Positions 63,096-64,000 of a stretch of DNA of 64,000 nt are shown here, one piece after another. The notes under the pieces were generated by a model. It worked only from the letters and a program-made list of their open reading frames with translations, ran no database searches and was not told the origin of the DNA. Source of the DNA: Dicyema japonicum (Eukaryota > Animalia > Dicyemida). The stretch spans positions 191,237 to 255,236 of the forward strand of contig RDEW01000009.1 in the NCBI GenBank assembly GCA_011109175.1, in the 5' to 3' direction. The translations under genes were made by a program, and so were the position numbers. How positions within the stretch are numbered: position 1 is the stretch's first letter; every line of letters starts with the position of its first letter.

Positions 63096-63981
63096 TCAAT
63101 CATCAAGTTCCTCCTCAGTAGTTGAATACTCAGAATCAAATGATTCATCCTCTGACGAAGACTGGAGGTATTTTGAGATAAATTTGAGTTTCTTGTCCTT
63201 TCCATTATACACCTTTTTAGGTCTCTTCGGTCTATCAGTGGCGAACTCCATCAAATAAGGGTAGATTCTATCCATGTCAGCCTCAATAGTTTCCATGGAA
63301 GACCCGGTCACAGTAATGCTTCCAGTACCGAATATTATGAAAGATGTCGAACTACCGATGAATGAATAATTGGCCCCAGCATGCAGTTCACTCTCAAATT
63401 CTCTCCTATCACTACAAAATGATCCAACATATTACAAAATCGAGTCATCATTGACATGACGGCTATGGAACGAGAAGAGATCAACTCCAAAGGACAGGTA
63501 TGCTGAGGCGAATATATTTACCACTTTGTATCGAAAGAACCTCACAGGAAAGCCCATTCTGAACAGAGACCGCCCAATTCGCCGAGCAGCAGTATAAGAG
63601 TTGGCCAAACTAAATGTAAGGACAAAAAAATAGTATATTAAAATCAAAACCAACCTCGTTGCGCCCACAATCGTAATCTTGCCAGTGGAGGACACGTTCG
63701 CAGTGCAAACTGGATCACGGAGTTTTTTGTGACAAATCTAAAGTCACGTTAAAATTGAGGCACCGATGAACCCAACTTAAGCTCCACGTGGCGACCATAT
63801 CTTGCTAATCGTCTCAAATCAATTCCACAACGAGTATGGAAAGTACAAATCACATTGCTAACTACCAATTCCGGAGGCTTTGAGCTGAAAGACGTTGAAC
63901 TTCGGCCAATAGCACGTTTTACAGATTTTGCTACTGTTTCATGCTGAATTGTAGATGGAATTATCCCGTTTGAGGAAGAGC
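63096..63981 (-). CDS. TBPL1: TBP-like factor (TRF2/TLF); 5' exon lies outside the window
   Basis: GT-AG introns at 63738-63763 (26 nt), 63610-63654 (45) and 63412-63435 (24). Protein NVICTFHTRCGIDLRRLA...TANVSSTGKITIVGAT...ARRIGRSL..MGF..F..YKVVN...ESELHAG...IFGTGSITVTG fits the TRF2 pattern rather than TBP. Acidic C-terminal tail. Confidence 0.93.
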
Positions 63982-64000
63982 CTTAACATTTAAAAGTCGG

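Overview
AT-rich eukaryotic (metazoan) genomic DNA. Compact host genes sit as islands in a dense field of decayed transposons. The genes are broken by very short spliceosomal introns, mostly 20-30 nt, so the ORF track misses most of them. Hand-splicing recovers EEF1G, NACA, a single-EGF-domain transmembrane ligand, NDUFB10, LRRC51, DNAAF3, ERLEC1, ELL and TBPL1/TRF2 (truncated by the window end). It also recovers two unidentified multi-exon genes, one with a ~16-17 aa repeat. TRF2 plus an EGF ligand indicate an animal; ciliary genes and complex I are present. Introns this small suggest a dicyemid mesozoan, but that is inference. Repeats include Ingi/Vingi-like LINEs with 2A StopGo motifs, RTE LINEs, CRE-clade elements, Tc1, Tigger, a TSD-bounded hAT with nested inserts, two SINE-like families and a 47-bp minisatellite. 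The most notable signal is two apparent GT-TG introns (24 and 23 nt) in NDUFB10. Also notable are a GC-AG intron in ERLEC1 and a recurrent YYGGGGTT(AAT)n retroelement 3' cap that also sits bare at breakpoints of unrelated elements. Several single-base frame discrepancies in homopolymers suggest assembly indel errors, which is a caveat for the splice calls. All alignments were done by eye.
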